This document shows positions 1 through 8,455 of a stretch of 64,000 bases of DNA, in pieces (the stretch's first letter is position 1; every line of letters starts with the position of its first letter). The position numbers were made by a program, and so were the translations under genes. Below the pieces are notes generated by a model, which did not search any database, was not told the DNA's origin, and saw only the letters and a program-made list of their open reading frames with translations. Source of the stretch: Longimicrobiales bacterium. Lineage in GTDB: Bacteria > Gemmatimonadota > Gemmatimonadetes > Longimicrobiales > Gaopeijiaceae. Location: NCBI GenBank assembly GCA_963422615.1, contig OY730414.1:1658302-1722301 (forward strand). The letters are read 5' to 3'.

Positions 1-341
1 AGACGATGTTTCGCAGAGCCGGTTTCCGAAAGTTTCGCGCCCTGATTGGGGTAAGCAGAGTCATTTTTCGTTGCCGGACGGGGTGGTTGCGAAGTTTGGA
101 ACGCGCAATTGGTGCTTTGCCCTTTCAGGTCGGAAAGTGGATTGCGCGTCCGCGCTACTTCCTGATCGGACCACTGCTTTTGAATATCCGACTGGTTGCC
201 GAAAAAGGATCCTCCCCCTAATGGGGCGGCGCTGGAGCGCCGCCAATCGCTCTCGGACCTCCGGGTAGATCGAATATCGGGAAGAGCCGAGCTTCGATGC
301 TCTCGATAACTTCCAAAACGGTTAAGCCATTCAGTGTTTCG

Positions 342-437
342 GCCGGCGATGATGTTGTCGGCCGCCTCGTCGTCGCCCTTGAGCAGCACGTCGGCCGTGC
401 AGATGGTGTAGGGGCCCACTTCTGTCAACTCCTGTCG
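342..437 (-). pseudogene. hsdM: Short remnant resembling a type I restriction-modification methyltransferase (HsdM)
   Basis: Manual minus-strand translation gives RQELTEVGPYTICTADVLLKGDDEAADNIIAG, resembling the HsdM segment GQE..ETYAICKAD(M/L)LLKG....ADNI.GG that precedes the NPPY/F motif. Similarity stops there and no NPPY follows, although the frame stays open to the window edge. Confidence 0.5.
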
Positions 438-540
438 GGAAGTTGCACCAAGACAATCTAGTTGATATTGTTGCATTTGAATCGATCGGAGCTACTTCAA
501 CAGCCAGCGGAGCACCTCCGGAACGGCGAGGACAAGAAGA

Positions 541-2403
541 GTGGACGGAGAAATGATCACGACAGCCAGCACAGGGAAGCCTTCCAGGACATCGCGATTC
601 GGTTGGCCGTTCTTTCGCCGCAACCGGCTACCGAAGGGACAAGAATCGGATGAAGGCACCTCGGAGGAGGGGAATGAAAGGGCCGCCACTGCCTCCTCGG
701 ATCGGCCCCCGCAATCCTCGGCCAACGGTCAATTGTCGGTTGCGTTTGGGAGCCCCGAAGGCCGAAGCGCAGATCCCGTAGACCGGCCAGATTGGGACGG
801 GCGACCGCCCACCGAACATCAGCGCCGTAACATCCGGGTGCTGGGTGGCAACCCGGCGGACGTACGGACGAAACAGGAAGCCAGCGATCTCATTGACCGT
901 CTGCGTCGTCTGCAGGGTCCTTCACCCCTTGATCCGTACAAACTGGAGAAGCGGGGGAAAGAAGCCGGCGGCGAAGCGGGGTCGGATTGGAAGTCGGCTC
1001 ACGATAGTCTTCTGGCTGGCCTGCGCCTTGACCTGCAGCAGTACATCAACGCCACATTGGACAGCCTCAGGTCAATGCTCAGTGAGTCGTGTGGGTCCAA
1101 AGGGGGCAGACTCTTCCAGCCTCAGAGGTTGGTTCGAGAGGCAGAGGTACAGCTTGAGCGCCTCCGGGTGTGGCGGCGCAGCGGGCTGCAAGCGGGGGTT
1201 CCGATGCCGGAGATCCGCCCGCCGCCACCGGAAGGCGTAACCCAGGGTGTGAGTGGGGGCGGGGGAAGTGTCTCCGAGCGCGGGGATCCTGAGGAGTCTG
1301 CCGTCCCCACGGCACGGGAGGGGCCCTCGGGGTGGTGGTTGATAGCTACCTGTTCGGTAATTGTAATCTTGGAGTCGCTTCTCAACGTCTCACTTCTCAT
1401 GAACGCGTTGGAGACTGGGATACTGGGGGCAATTTTGCTGGCTTTTCTGGTATCTGGGATCAACGTCGGCGGGCTAGGGATCGGCGGCGGTTTGCTGTTT
1501 TCTCTGCTTCGAAGGCAGCCTTGGGCCAAGGGTCTTGTGCAGGGAGCGTTTTTTTCTGGGTGGCTGGTCGTCGCGATGGGGTTCAGCCTCATCGCCGGCC
1601 GTCACAGGGAGGCGTATTCGCGCATTGTTGAAGCCGTAAGACTCGATCCGACCGGGGCGCGTCCGTCCCCGCAGGAACTGATGCCCGGGATCGCTTTCAA
1701 TCCCCTGACGTGGGACTTCCAGGCCCTGCTGTTCGCCTTGTTGGGCCTGATTCTGTGTGCCGTGGGCTTCGCCAAGGGCTTTACGTTCATCAAGGCGGGA
1801 AAACCCGGTGCGGCGGATGCGAATAGGACGGATGCGAATACCTTGGGGGATGGGGACACGCTCGGGCAAAATGGCCGCGCCGGCGCCGGATCAAACCGTC
1901 ACGCCGGAACGGACCGTCACATCGTCACGGCCTACGAAGAAGTGCTCAATCAATTCCAAGTCGGCGTCAGTGCCCTGCGCTCCGAAGCGGCGGAATGGTA
2001 CGGAACCCTCAACCAGAAGAGCCGCGACATTCATCACACGGTCAGCATGATCGCGGATGAGAAGAACCGTCAGGCATGCATGGATTGTGTCACCCACGCC
2101 TTCATCCGGGAATACAACAATGAGAACGTCGAAAAAATAGAATTGACAACGGTAGAGGAGTATCGGCAGCAGAAATACTCGGAACCCTTGTTGGTCACCC
2201 CATCGGACGCGGGGACGCTCGAAGAAGCCGACGCACTCGCCGCCGAGTGGAGAGAATCCGGACAGGAGGACCTGGAACGGCGGATTACGGAAGCACAGGA
2301 GGAAATGATGGCCCTTTGGATTCGCTACTGGCCCCTTATACTCGGCTCGGGTCAGGTCCAGGAAATCGATAAAGGTGGGGTGAAGGGAGTGTATGCAAGG
2401 TAG
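541..2403 (+). CDS. Uncharacterised multi-pass membrane protein with long soluble N- and C-terminal helical regions
   Basis: 620-aa ORF with about 4 hydrophobic segments (GWWLIATCSVIVILESLLN, GILGAILLAFLVSGINVGG, AFFSGWLVVAMGFSLIAG, ALLFALLGLILCAVGF). The N-terminal PTEHQ...TKQEASDLIDRL motif resembles DUF3072. Overlaps the next gene by 11 nt. Confidence 0.75.
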   Translation: MDGEMITTASTGKPSRTSRFGWPFFRRNRLPKGQESDEGTSEEGNERAATASSDRPPQSSANGQLSVAFGSPEGRSADPVDRPDWDGRPPTEHQRRNIRVLGGNPADVRTKQEASDLIDRLRRLQGPSPLDPYKLEKRGKEAGGEAGSDWKSAHDSLLAGLRLDLQQYINATLDSLRSMLSESCGSKGGRLFQPQRLVREAEVQLERLRVWRRSGLQAGVPMPEIRPPPPEGVTQGVSGGGGSVSERGDPEESAVPTAREGPSGWWLIATCSVIVILESLLNVSLLMNALETGILGAILLAFLVSGINVGGLGIGGGLLFSLLRRQPWAKGLVQGAFFSGWLVVAMGFSLIAGRHREAYSRIVEAVRLDPTGARPSPQELMPGIAFNPLTWDFQALLFALLGLILCAVGFAKGFTFIKAGKPGAADANRTDANTLGDGDTLGQNGRAGAGSNRHAGTDRHIVTAYEEVLNQFQVGVSALRSEAAEWYGTLNQKSRDIHHTVSMIADEKNRQACMDCVTHAFIREYNNENVEKIELTTVEEYRQQKYSEPLLVTPSDAGTLEEADALAAEWRESGQEDLERRITEAQEEMMALWIRYWPLILGSGQVQEIDKGGVKGVYAR

Positions 2404-3184
2404 AGCTAATCGAGGCAGAAGAGTATGGGTATGGCCTCTCGTGATAATACTCGCTTCCTTTTTTCTAGCGGGTGTATGCGTGTTTTTTGCGTGGGACACG
2501 AATCAACGCAGGGTTGGCCCACCGGACTACTGTCCGACCGGAACCTGGTCGCAGGAGCGGAAAGGCATCCGGATTCCTGGGCACACGGCGATCCTGATCG
2601 ACACGTCCAACAGGATCGGGACCGAGGACCGGACGCTGGCCTTCGAGGCCGCCACAACCTGGGCCAGGGACCTCGCGCCCTTTCTGCAGCGCCTGTCCAT
2701 CTACGGGTTGCCCGAGTCCGGTCGGGAAATGAAGCCCAGCAGCGACTCCTTTTGCGTGCCGAAGGAGGGGGACGATGCCAACCTGATTTATGAGCATCCC
2801 GTTTTCGTTGAGGCTCAATTTCGCCGCTTTCTGGCGCGTTTGGAATCGATTCTTGCCGAGCTGGTTGATCGTGAAGAGGCGGATCGGTCTCCTATCGCCG
2901 AGACCATGGCGGCGTTGGTTGATCAACATGATGATCTGGATTCCTTTCTGATCGTTTCGGACATGCTCCAGAACACGGACGCATGGAGCCATTACTTGAG
3001 TCAAGGGAGTGCGACCGAAGCGGCTGTCACCTGCGGTCAAATCACAGCACCGGGGAAAGTGAAGGCGGTCTACGTGTACCACATTGACCGCCAGTTGGAG
3101 GTTCAGACTTCGAAGTGGCCGGACGATTGGTGGCGGGAGTGCTTGGCCGACATTGAAACCCGAATGCTCAACGACTCAAGGTAG
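2393..3184 (+). CDS. Membrane-anchored vWA-like (alpha/beta) protein
   Basis: N-terminal TM anchor, AILIDTS (degenerate MIDAS DxSxS), SPIAE and FLIVSDMLQN motifs typical of vWA-like folds. AAGGGAG ribosome-binding-like sequence just upstream. Confidence 0.7.
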   Translation: MQGRANRGRRVWVWPLVIILASFFLAGVCVFFAWDTNQRRVGPPDYCPTGTWSQERKGIRIPGHTAILIDTSNRIGTEDRTLAFEAATTWARDLAPFLQRLSIYGLPESGREMKPSSDSFCVPKEGDDANLIYEHPVFVEAQFRRFLARLESILAELVDREEADRSPIAETMAALVDQHDDLDSFLIVSDMLQNTDAWSHYLSQGSATEAAVTCGQITAPGKVKAVYVYHIDRQLEVQTSKWPDDWWRECLADIETRMLNDSR

Positions 3185-3245
3185 ACGTCAGATCCCGCCC
3201 TGGCGCGCGCGGGACGGCCGTCTTCGCGCGTACCATAAGGTCACG

Positions 3246-3285
3246 ATTGCCGCCCGAGAGCGGGCTTCCTGGATCGGGCGGCAAT
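3246..3285. terminator. Inverted repeat between convergent genes (possible bidirectional terminator)
   Basis: Perfect 12-bp stem ATTGCCGCCCGA (3246-3257) / TCGGGCGGCAAT (3274-3285). No clear U-tract. Confidence 0.45.
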
Positions 3286-3326
3286 TCTGGTGGACCGCTC
3301 CGGGCTTGGGGGGCCCAACTCCGGGC

Positions 3327-4199
3327 TCACACCCTCAAAGGCAAAGCCCCCTGGCGTCGACGCAAGTTCTCGATAAGGGTGGCCTCTTCTCTTCCTACTC
3401 GCATGTGCTCGTGGCGCGGCTGATTTCCGTGACAAACCGCGCACAACGCCTTCAGGTTTGACCGAGCGTTGTTGGTTTTCACGCCGTCGATGTGGTGCAC
3501 GTGCAGCAGCCGCCGGTGTTCCTTCTCCTTCAGGTCGACGCGACATTCCTCGCATTTGAAGGCATGCTCTTCCTTGTATTCCTTGGAAATGCGATTCCAG
3601 TCCGGTCCATACGCTCCATCGGGAGTACCCGCCCGTCGCTTCGGCATCTTCTCGAAGTGCGTGCGGTAGGCGTCAAAGAACTCGCTCCACTTGAATTCCC
3701 GAAAAACCCGGGATCGATTCCTCGTGGAGCCTTTGTAGTTCAGATGCCACAGACAGTTCTTGCAGACTCTCAATCTGGCCTTGCCCTCGACAGGATTTCT
3801 GTCGTCATCCTGTCCCGTGACATGGAATTCGCCGCCGACATCGTTCGTTGCTACATAGCGCTGGAATCGCCCTTCCTCCTTCATTTCCTGCAAGGTCTTG
3901 CAGTCGGCGACATGCACCTTCTTGCCCTTCTTCGCGTCCTGGAGTACGTCCTCAATTCTCCACCCGTGATCCTGAATGTACAGCAATACCTGTCGGCCCT
4001 GATAGCTGAGCAATCCCAACTTAGAATCGATCTGGATCTCGGATAAATCAACCGTGATGCCTTCTCCCAGCTGGATGTCGATCGGATCTGGCGGATCGAT
4101 TCCACGGCGAACATCGATGACCAGATTCGTGAGTACGGACTCCGCTCCCATGCGGTGTACTGCTTCTTCCAGAAGTGAAAAATCGACGTTCAGACGCAT
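3327..4199 (-). CDS. zorE: Zorya type II effector ZorE, HNH endonuclease
   Basis: ATG at 4199 after GGAGAGG. Motifs DPIDIQL, GLLSYQGRQVLLYIQDH, HVADCKTLQEM, LRVCKNCL..LNYKG and HNH region CEEC...HVHHIDGVKTNN..NL..LCAVCH. Lies directly downstream of zorAB. Confidence 0.9.
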   Translation of the reverse strand: MRLNVDFSLLEEAVHRMGAESVLTNLVIDVRRGIDPPDPIDIQLGEGITVDLSEIQIDSKLGLLSYQGRQVLLYIQDHGWRIEDVLQDAKKGKKVHVADCKTLQEMKEEGRFQRYVATNDVGGEFHVTGQDDDRNPVEGKARLRVCKNCLWHLNYKGSTRNRSRVFREFKWSEFFDAYRTHFEKMPKRRAGTPDGAYGPDWNRISKEYKEEHAFKCEECRVDLKEKEHRRLLHVHHIDGVKTNNARSNLKALCAVCHGNQPRHEHMRVGREEATLIENLRRRQGALPLRV

Positions 4200-4204
4200 G
4201 GCAA

Positions 4205-4918
4205 TCACCTCTCCAGAATTCTGCGAATCTGCACTTCGGCGTTGGTCAACACCCGGAACAACACCCGCCTGGACGCATCCGGATCTTCGCGGCCGATCGG
4301 GTTCAAAACGACACGGGACGACGAAAAGCCGACTGCGGCGACCTTGCGTTTGACCCAACTCCGATCACTGACGGTCGTGGGAAGCCGATAGACGTGCTCC
4401 AGTACCGAGCGGGTGCGTCCTTGCGACAAACGCATGTTGCGGAAGTACGCCTGATCTTCACTGACCCCCTCCCAGTCGGTAGAGGTGTGCCCTTCGATAC
4501 GCACTCCGTCAATGTTCTCGTCGAACTCCCGGAGCACTCGCAGGTATCGGGGGAAAAAATCGCCTAGAATGGACGCGAAACGGGGCCGTAGGGCAATGGA
4601 ACCGACCTCGAACAGCACTTCGGGAGACATGAACTCGAATGTCATGGCCTCTAGGTCTATTGCCGCGTCCCACTGCTCCAGATCGTTCTCGAATTCTTGG
4701 TGCAGGGCTTGGCTGATGGCGACCTGCCCTTCCCGATACGCCACTGCCACGCCGCGCATGCGGTCCCGATCTTGGGACGCGCTGCGCATGAGCCCGACGG
4801 ATATGAGCAGGAAGACCATCATCAACCCTGCCATCAGGTCGGAGATCGTCAACCAATGCTCCCCTTCGCCCCCACCGGACCGGTTCGATCCGAACAGACG
4901 ATCCGCCCACGGGCTCAT
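4205..4918 (-). CDS. zorB: Zorya ZorB, MotB/OmpA-like peptidoglycan-binding membrane subunit
   Basis: HWLTISDLMAGLMMVF TM with conserved Asp. OmpA domain RIEGHTS...NMRLSQGR..SV...SRRV.FRV. ATGA overlap with the zorA stop codon. Confidence 0.92.
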   Translation of the reverse strand: MSPWADRLFGSNRSGGGEGEHWLTISDLMAGLMMVFLLISVGLMRSASQDRDRMRGVAVAYREGQVAISQALHQEFENDLEQWDAAIDLEAMTFEFMSPEVLFEVGSIALRPRFASILGDFFPRYLRVLREFDENIDGVRIEGHTSTDWEGVSEDQAYFRNMRLSQGRTRSVLEHVYRLPTTVSDRSWVKRKVAAVGFSSSRVVLNPIGREDPDASRRVLFRVLTNAEVQIRRILER

Positions 4919-6363
4919 TGCCAATTTCCTCTCCGGACAATTTCCTTCATCTGCCGCGTGAGCTTCGTATAGTCGGCTACGAACTTACCCGTGATCTGGC
5001 TCAACGCGTTGCCCATCTGTTGCATTACCCGGGTCACCTCCTGGGACAGAGCCTCGTCCAGCGCTTCGATCTGTTTGCTTACGCCTTCGCCGGTTCGCGT
5101 AACGGCCTCCTGTGTCCCATCCAGCATCGTCTTGACCATGGTATTCGTAGCTTGATCTTGGGCGCTCAACGTCTCCTTCAGTGCAGACTCCAACCGCGAC
5201 TGCATTCGCAGAATGGCTTCGGCCACATGATCGTGCAGCACTTCTACTTCGTTTTGGATCTTTTGGGACGCCTGTCCCAGGTGCTCCAGCAACTGTCGAG
5301 ACTTCTCCTGCTGTTCGCCGACGTCGTTCTGCAGCTCGATGAAGTTCTCGCCGGCCAAGCGGACGGCCGCAGCGATGTCCTGCGTCATCGCCTCCACGTG
5401 CGCTTGTGTCTGCGGCACCGCTTCCACAGCGCGGTCGCGCAGCTCCGCGAAGGCAGCCAGATGACGTTCGAGCTCTTCGATCTCCCGACCGGCCATTCTT
5501 ACGATTTCAGTGAGCGCTTCCAGCGTGTCCGGAATTACCTGGGTGCGCTGAGCGATTATCCTCACCGACCCTTCGATCGCCGTGATCTGCCGCACAGAAT
5601 CGTCGTATAGCTTGTGAAGCTGTTCGAGCTGTCGCCGGTACCCTTCCTGCCATTCCACAAGCCTTCGCACCGAGTCGTCAAGCTTCTTGAAGTTGTCGCC
5701 GAACTGCTCCGTCAAGTTCTGGTTGAAGTCGACGATGACCTCCTTCAGCGCCTGAATTACCTGCTCCGTGGCCGACTTGGAGAGCATCTCCGAGAAGGTA
5801 TGCAGTTGTTCCCACAACTCGGTCTGGAATCGCTTACGGACTTGAGTGTCTTCCCGCCGCCGGTCCGCCATGTCCGTCCGCAGCAGTTTCAGTTGTCCAG
5901 CCAGACTGGACTCCTCCTGCCCGGCGATGGCGTCCCGGGTCGTCTCCAGCAGCTCCTTCTGCTGCGTTAGTACGGTAAAGATGTCTTTTGGCCCAACTTC
6001 TGTGTCCGCTTCTTCGATGGTTTTGCTCGGCAGAAACACCTCAAAGCCTCGAAAGACTACGCTCGCAAATATGCCGGCGATACTGCTGATGAAGGCGGTC
6101 TTCAAGCCTTCCAACAACCCCTCGATGCTCTCGTCTAACTGTCCTGGATCGAAGTCCAGCAGCCCCACCACGATCCCGACGAAGGTGCCGAGGATGCCGA
6201 GCGAAGCGAGCAGCGCCGGCGCACGAGACGTCAGGGGCGGAGGCTTTCCTTTCCAAGCAATTGCGAGGCAGAACAAGAAGAGGACAACGATCAGCCACAA
6301 GAAGAATTCCGTGACCGCGCTCGGCTCCAGCCCGCGCAGAAGCGACTCAACCCAATTACTCAT
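4915..6363 (-). CDS. zorA: Zorya ZorA, MotA/TolQ/ExbB-like proton channel with long helical tail
   Basis: TM motifs SLGILGTFVGIVVGL and GLKTAFISSIAG. Tail contains ATEQVIQALKEVIVDFNQNLTEQFGDNFKKL..SV..LVEWQE.Y, characteristic of type II ZorA. Confidence 0.92.
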   Translation of the reverse strand: MSNWVESLLRGLEPSAVTEFFLWLIVVLFLFCLAIAWKGKPPPLTSRAPALLASLGILGTFVGIVVGLLDFDPGQLDESIEGLLEGLKTAFISSIAGIFASVVFRGFEVFLPSKTIEEADTEVGPKDIFTVLTQQKELLETTRDAIAGQEESSLAGQLKLLRTDMADRRREDTQVRKRFQTELWEQLHTFSEMLSKSATEQVIQALKEVIVDFNQNLTEQFGDNFKKLDDSVRRLVEWQEGYRRQLEQLHKLYDDSVRQITAIEGSVRIIAQRTQVIPDTLEALTEIVRMAGREIEELERHLAAFAELRDRAVEAVPQTQAHVEAMTQDIAAAVRLAGENFIELQNDVGEQQEKSRQLLEHLGQASQKIQNEVEVLHDHVAEAILRMQSRLESALKETLSAQDQATNTMVKTMLDGTQEAVTRTGEGVSKQIEALDEALSQEVTRVMQQMGNALSQITGKFVADYTKLTRQMKEIVRRGNWQ

Positions 6364-6718
6364 ATCAAAAGTCTACTCATCGTCTTGTAGCCCTCCGTCA
6401 CCTTCGGGTCGGGTGTTTCGAAATTGGGAGTGCTTGCCGGCGAATCTGCCTGGTGTCCGGCAATGATGCCCTCCCTTGTACCGGAGATCAAATTCCCGGC
6501 CCCGAATTTCGGTACGATGGAGCTTCCCTTCAGCGTCGCCATTTCGGATCCGCACTTGAAGGGACGGAAGATAGGAACGACCCCCGGGCCGGCCCGAATT
6601 CGATATACTACTTGTTGGCTCCGGGCCCCACGTTTATTTGGCTCCGGGCCGACGTCGCTCCGCACGGGCGGGTTTAATCGAGTCGGGTGGCGAACGGGAC
6701 CCCGAACCCCGGGGAGAC

Positions 6719-7636
6719 ATGGGAAGACTCTTCGTTGTGGCCACCCCCATCGGGAACCTGTCGGACCTGACGGGGCGGACCGGGAAAGTGCTGAAGGCCG
6801 CGGACCACCTTCTGGCCGAAGACACCCGGAGGGCCCGGATCCTGCTTCAGCACACGGGTTCGTCGGTCCGTCCCGTGTCCCTACACGCGCACAACGAAGC
6901 CAGCCGAGTCGCCCGGGTGCTTCGCTGGCTGGCCCGGGGAGACGACGTGGCCTTGGTGTCGGACGCGGGCACCCCCCTCCTGTCCGACCCCGGGGCGCGG
7001 GTCGTTCGAGCGTCCATTGACGGGGGACACGATGTGGTGCCGGTTCCGGGTCCCTCCGCGGTGCTCGCCGGATTGGTGGCCTCCGGGCTACCTTGCGTGC
7101 CGTTCACCTTCGTGGGGTTCCTGCCTCGCTCGGCAGTAAAAAGGGAACATGCCCTGAAACAGATCGTCGGTGCCAAGGAGACGACCGTGCTCTTCGAGTC
7201 GCCGGTGCGCCTGGTCAGCCTGTTGGAGGCGTTGGCGGCCCTCACCTCTCCGGGGCGTCGCCTTGCCGTCTGCCGGGAAATGACCAAGCGGCACGAGGAG
7301 ATTTTTCGCGGAACGCCGACAGAGGCGGCTCGCCACTTTCGGGAAACGCCTCCCCGGGGGGAAGTGACCCTGGTGGTTGAAGGTTGCCCGGTGGGGGAAG
7401 GGATTTCGACCGACGAGGAGGTTGAAGAACTCGCCACCCGGTTTCTTGCCCAAGGAATGGCGCCGACCGGGGCGGCCAGGAACCTGGCGGCGCGAACGGG
7501 CCTATCCAGGCAGGCTGCCTACGACGCCGTACTGGAGGCAAAGCGTCGGCGCCGGAGTACGGGAAAACCGGTTGGGAGAGAAAAATCGGAGGGTGACGAA
7601 GGGCCGAACCCCATCCGGGAGAACGATCGGCCATGA
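6719..7636 (+). CDS. rsmI: 16S rRNA (cytidine1402-2'-O)-methyltransferase
   Basis: Motifs LFVVATPIGNL.D, AEDTR, VSDAGTPLLSDPG, PVPGPSA, FESP.R, CREMTK.HEE. Confidence 0.95.
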   Translation: MGRLFVVATPIGNLSDLTGRTGKVLKAADHLLAEDTRRARILLQHTGSSVRPVSLHAHNEASRVARVLRWLARGDDVALVSDAGTPLLSDPGARVVRASIDGGHDVVPVPGPSAVLAGLVASGLPCVPFTFVGFLPRSAVKREHALKQIVGAKETTVLFESPVRLVSLLEALAALTSPGRRLAVCREMTKRHEEIFRGTPTEAARHFRETPPRGEVTLVVEGCPVGEGISTDEEVEELATRFLAQGMAPTGAARNLAARTGLSRQAAYDAVLEAKRRRRSTGKPVGREKSEGDEGPNPIRENDRP

Positions 7637-8397
7637 GGGATGGGAAGGGCAGGCCGGCGGCGGCCTTCTTCCGGCACCCGGTGAACGGGCGTCCCCCCGG
7701 GAAGCCCCTGCGCCGTCGCTTCCTTGCATCCGTTCTTGTCTCGGTGGTCGCTCTATCGGGGAATGGGGTGGCCGTCGGCCAGAGTGCGGGCCCCCTTGCC
7801 GTGGCCCGACTCCAGTACGACGGCGGCGGAGACTGGTACGCGAATCCATCCTCCCTTCCGAATCTCCTTGCCGCGGTGCGGGAGCGGACCGGAATCCCCA
7901 CAGCTGTCCGGGAGACCTCGCTTCGGGCGACGGACCCCTCCCTTCGGGACTTTCCTTTCCTGTATATGACCGGGCACGGAGGTGTGCGGTTCTCTCGGGA
8001 AGAGCGGCTCGCGCTGCGTCGGTATCTCCTGGGAGGGGGCTTTCTCCACGCCGACGACAACTACGGGATGGACCCGTCCTTCCGGACGGAGATGGGGCGG
8101 ATGTTCCCCGACAAGGCACTCGTCGAGCTTCCAGCCACCCACCCGCTCTTCCGCGCCCCGTACGACTTTCCCGAGGGATTGCCCAAGATTCACGAACACG
8201 ATGGAGGCCCGCCACAAGCGTTCGGTATCTTCCACCAGGAACGGCTCGTGGTCGTCTACACCTACGAATCGGATCTGGGGGACGGTTGGGAGGACGCAGA
8301 TGTGCACGGAGATCCGGAAGAAGCGAGAGAGGAAGCGCTGCGCATGGGGGTGAACATTTTCGTATACGCGATGGCCCAGGCGGCCCGGGGTTCGTGA
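7633..8397 (+). CDS. DUF4159 domain protein (exported)
   Basis: YDGGGDWYANPSSLPNL, PFLYMTGHG, YLLGGGFLHADDNYG, LPKIHEHDG, SDLGDGWED. Signal-peptide-like N-terminus. Confidence 0.85.
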   Translation: MRDGKGRPAAAFFRHPVNGRPPGKPLRRRFLASVLVSVVALSGNGVAVGQSAGPLAVARLQYDGGGDWYANPSSLPNLLAAVRERTGIPTAVRETSLRATDPSLRDFPFLYMTGHGGVRFSREERLALRRYLLGGGFLHADDNYGMDPSFRTEMGRMFPDKALVELPATHPLFRAPYDFPEGLPKIHEHDGGPPQAFGIFHQERLVVVYTYESDLGDGWEDADVHGDPEEAREEALRMGVNIFVYAMAQAARGS

Positions 8398-8455
8398 TGC
8401 CGGGGTGGATGGTTGCCCGGGCGCCGGGGCCAGCGATCCGGGCGGGAGAGGTCGG

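Noticed and set aside
4205..6363. Flagellar stator MotA/MotB or ExbB/ExbD
   Set aside because: The long helical tail, ZorA-type motifs and adjacent ZorE HNH gene fit Zorya. No flagellar genes are nearby.
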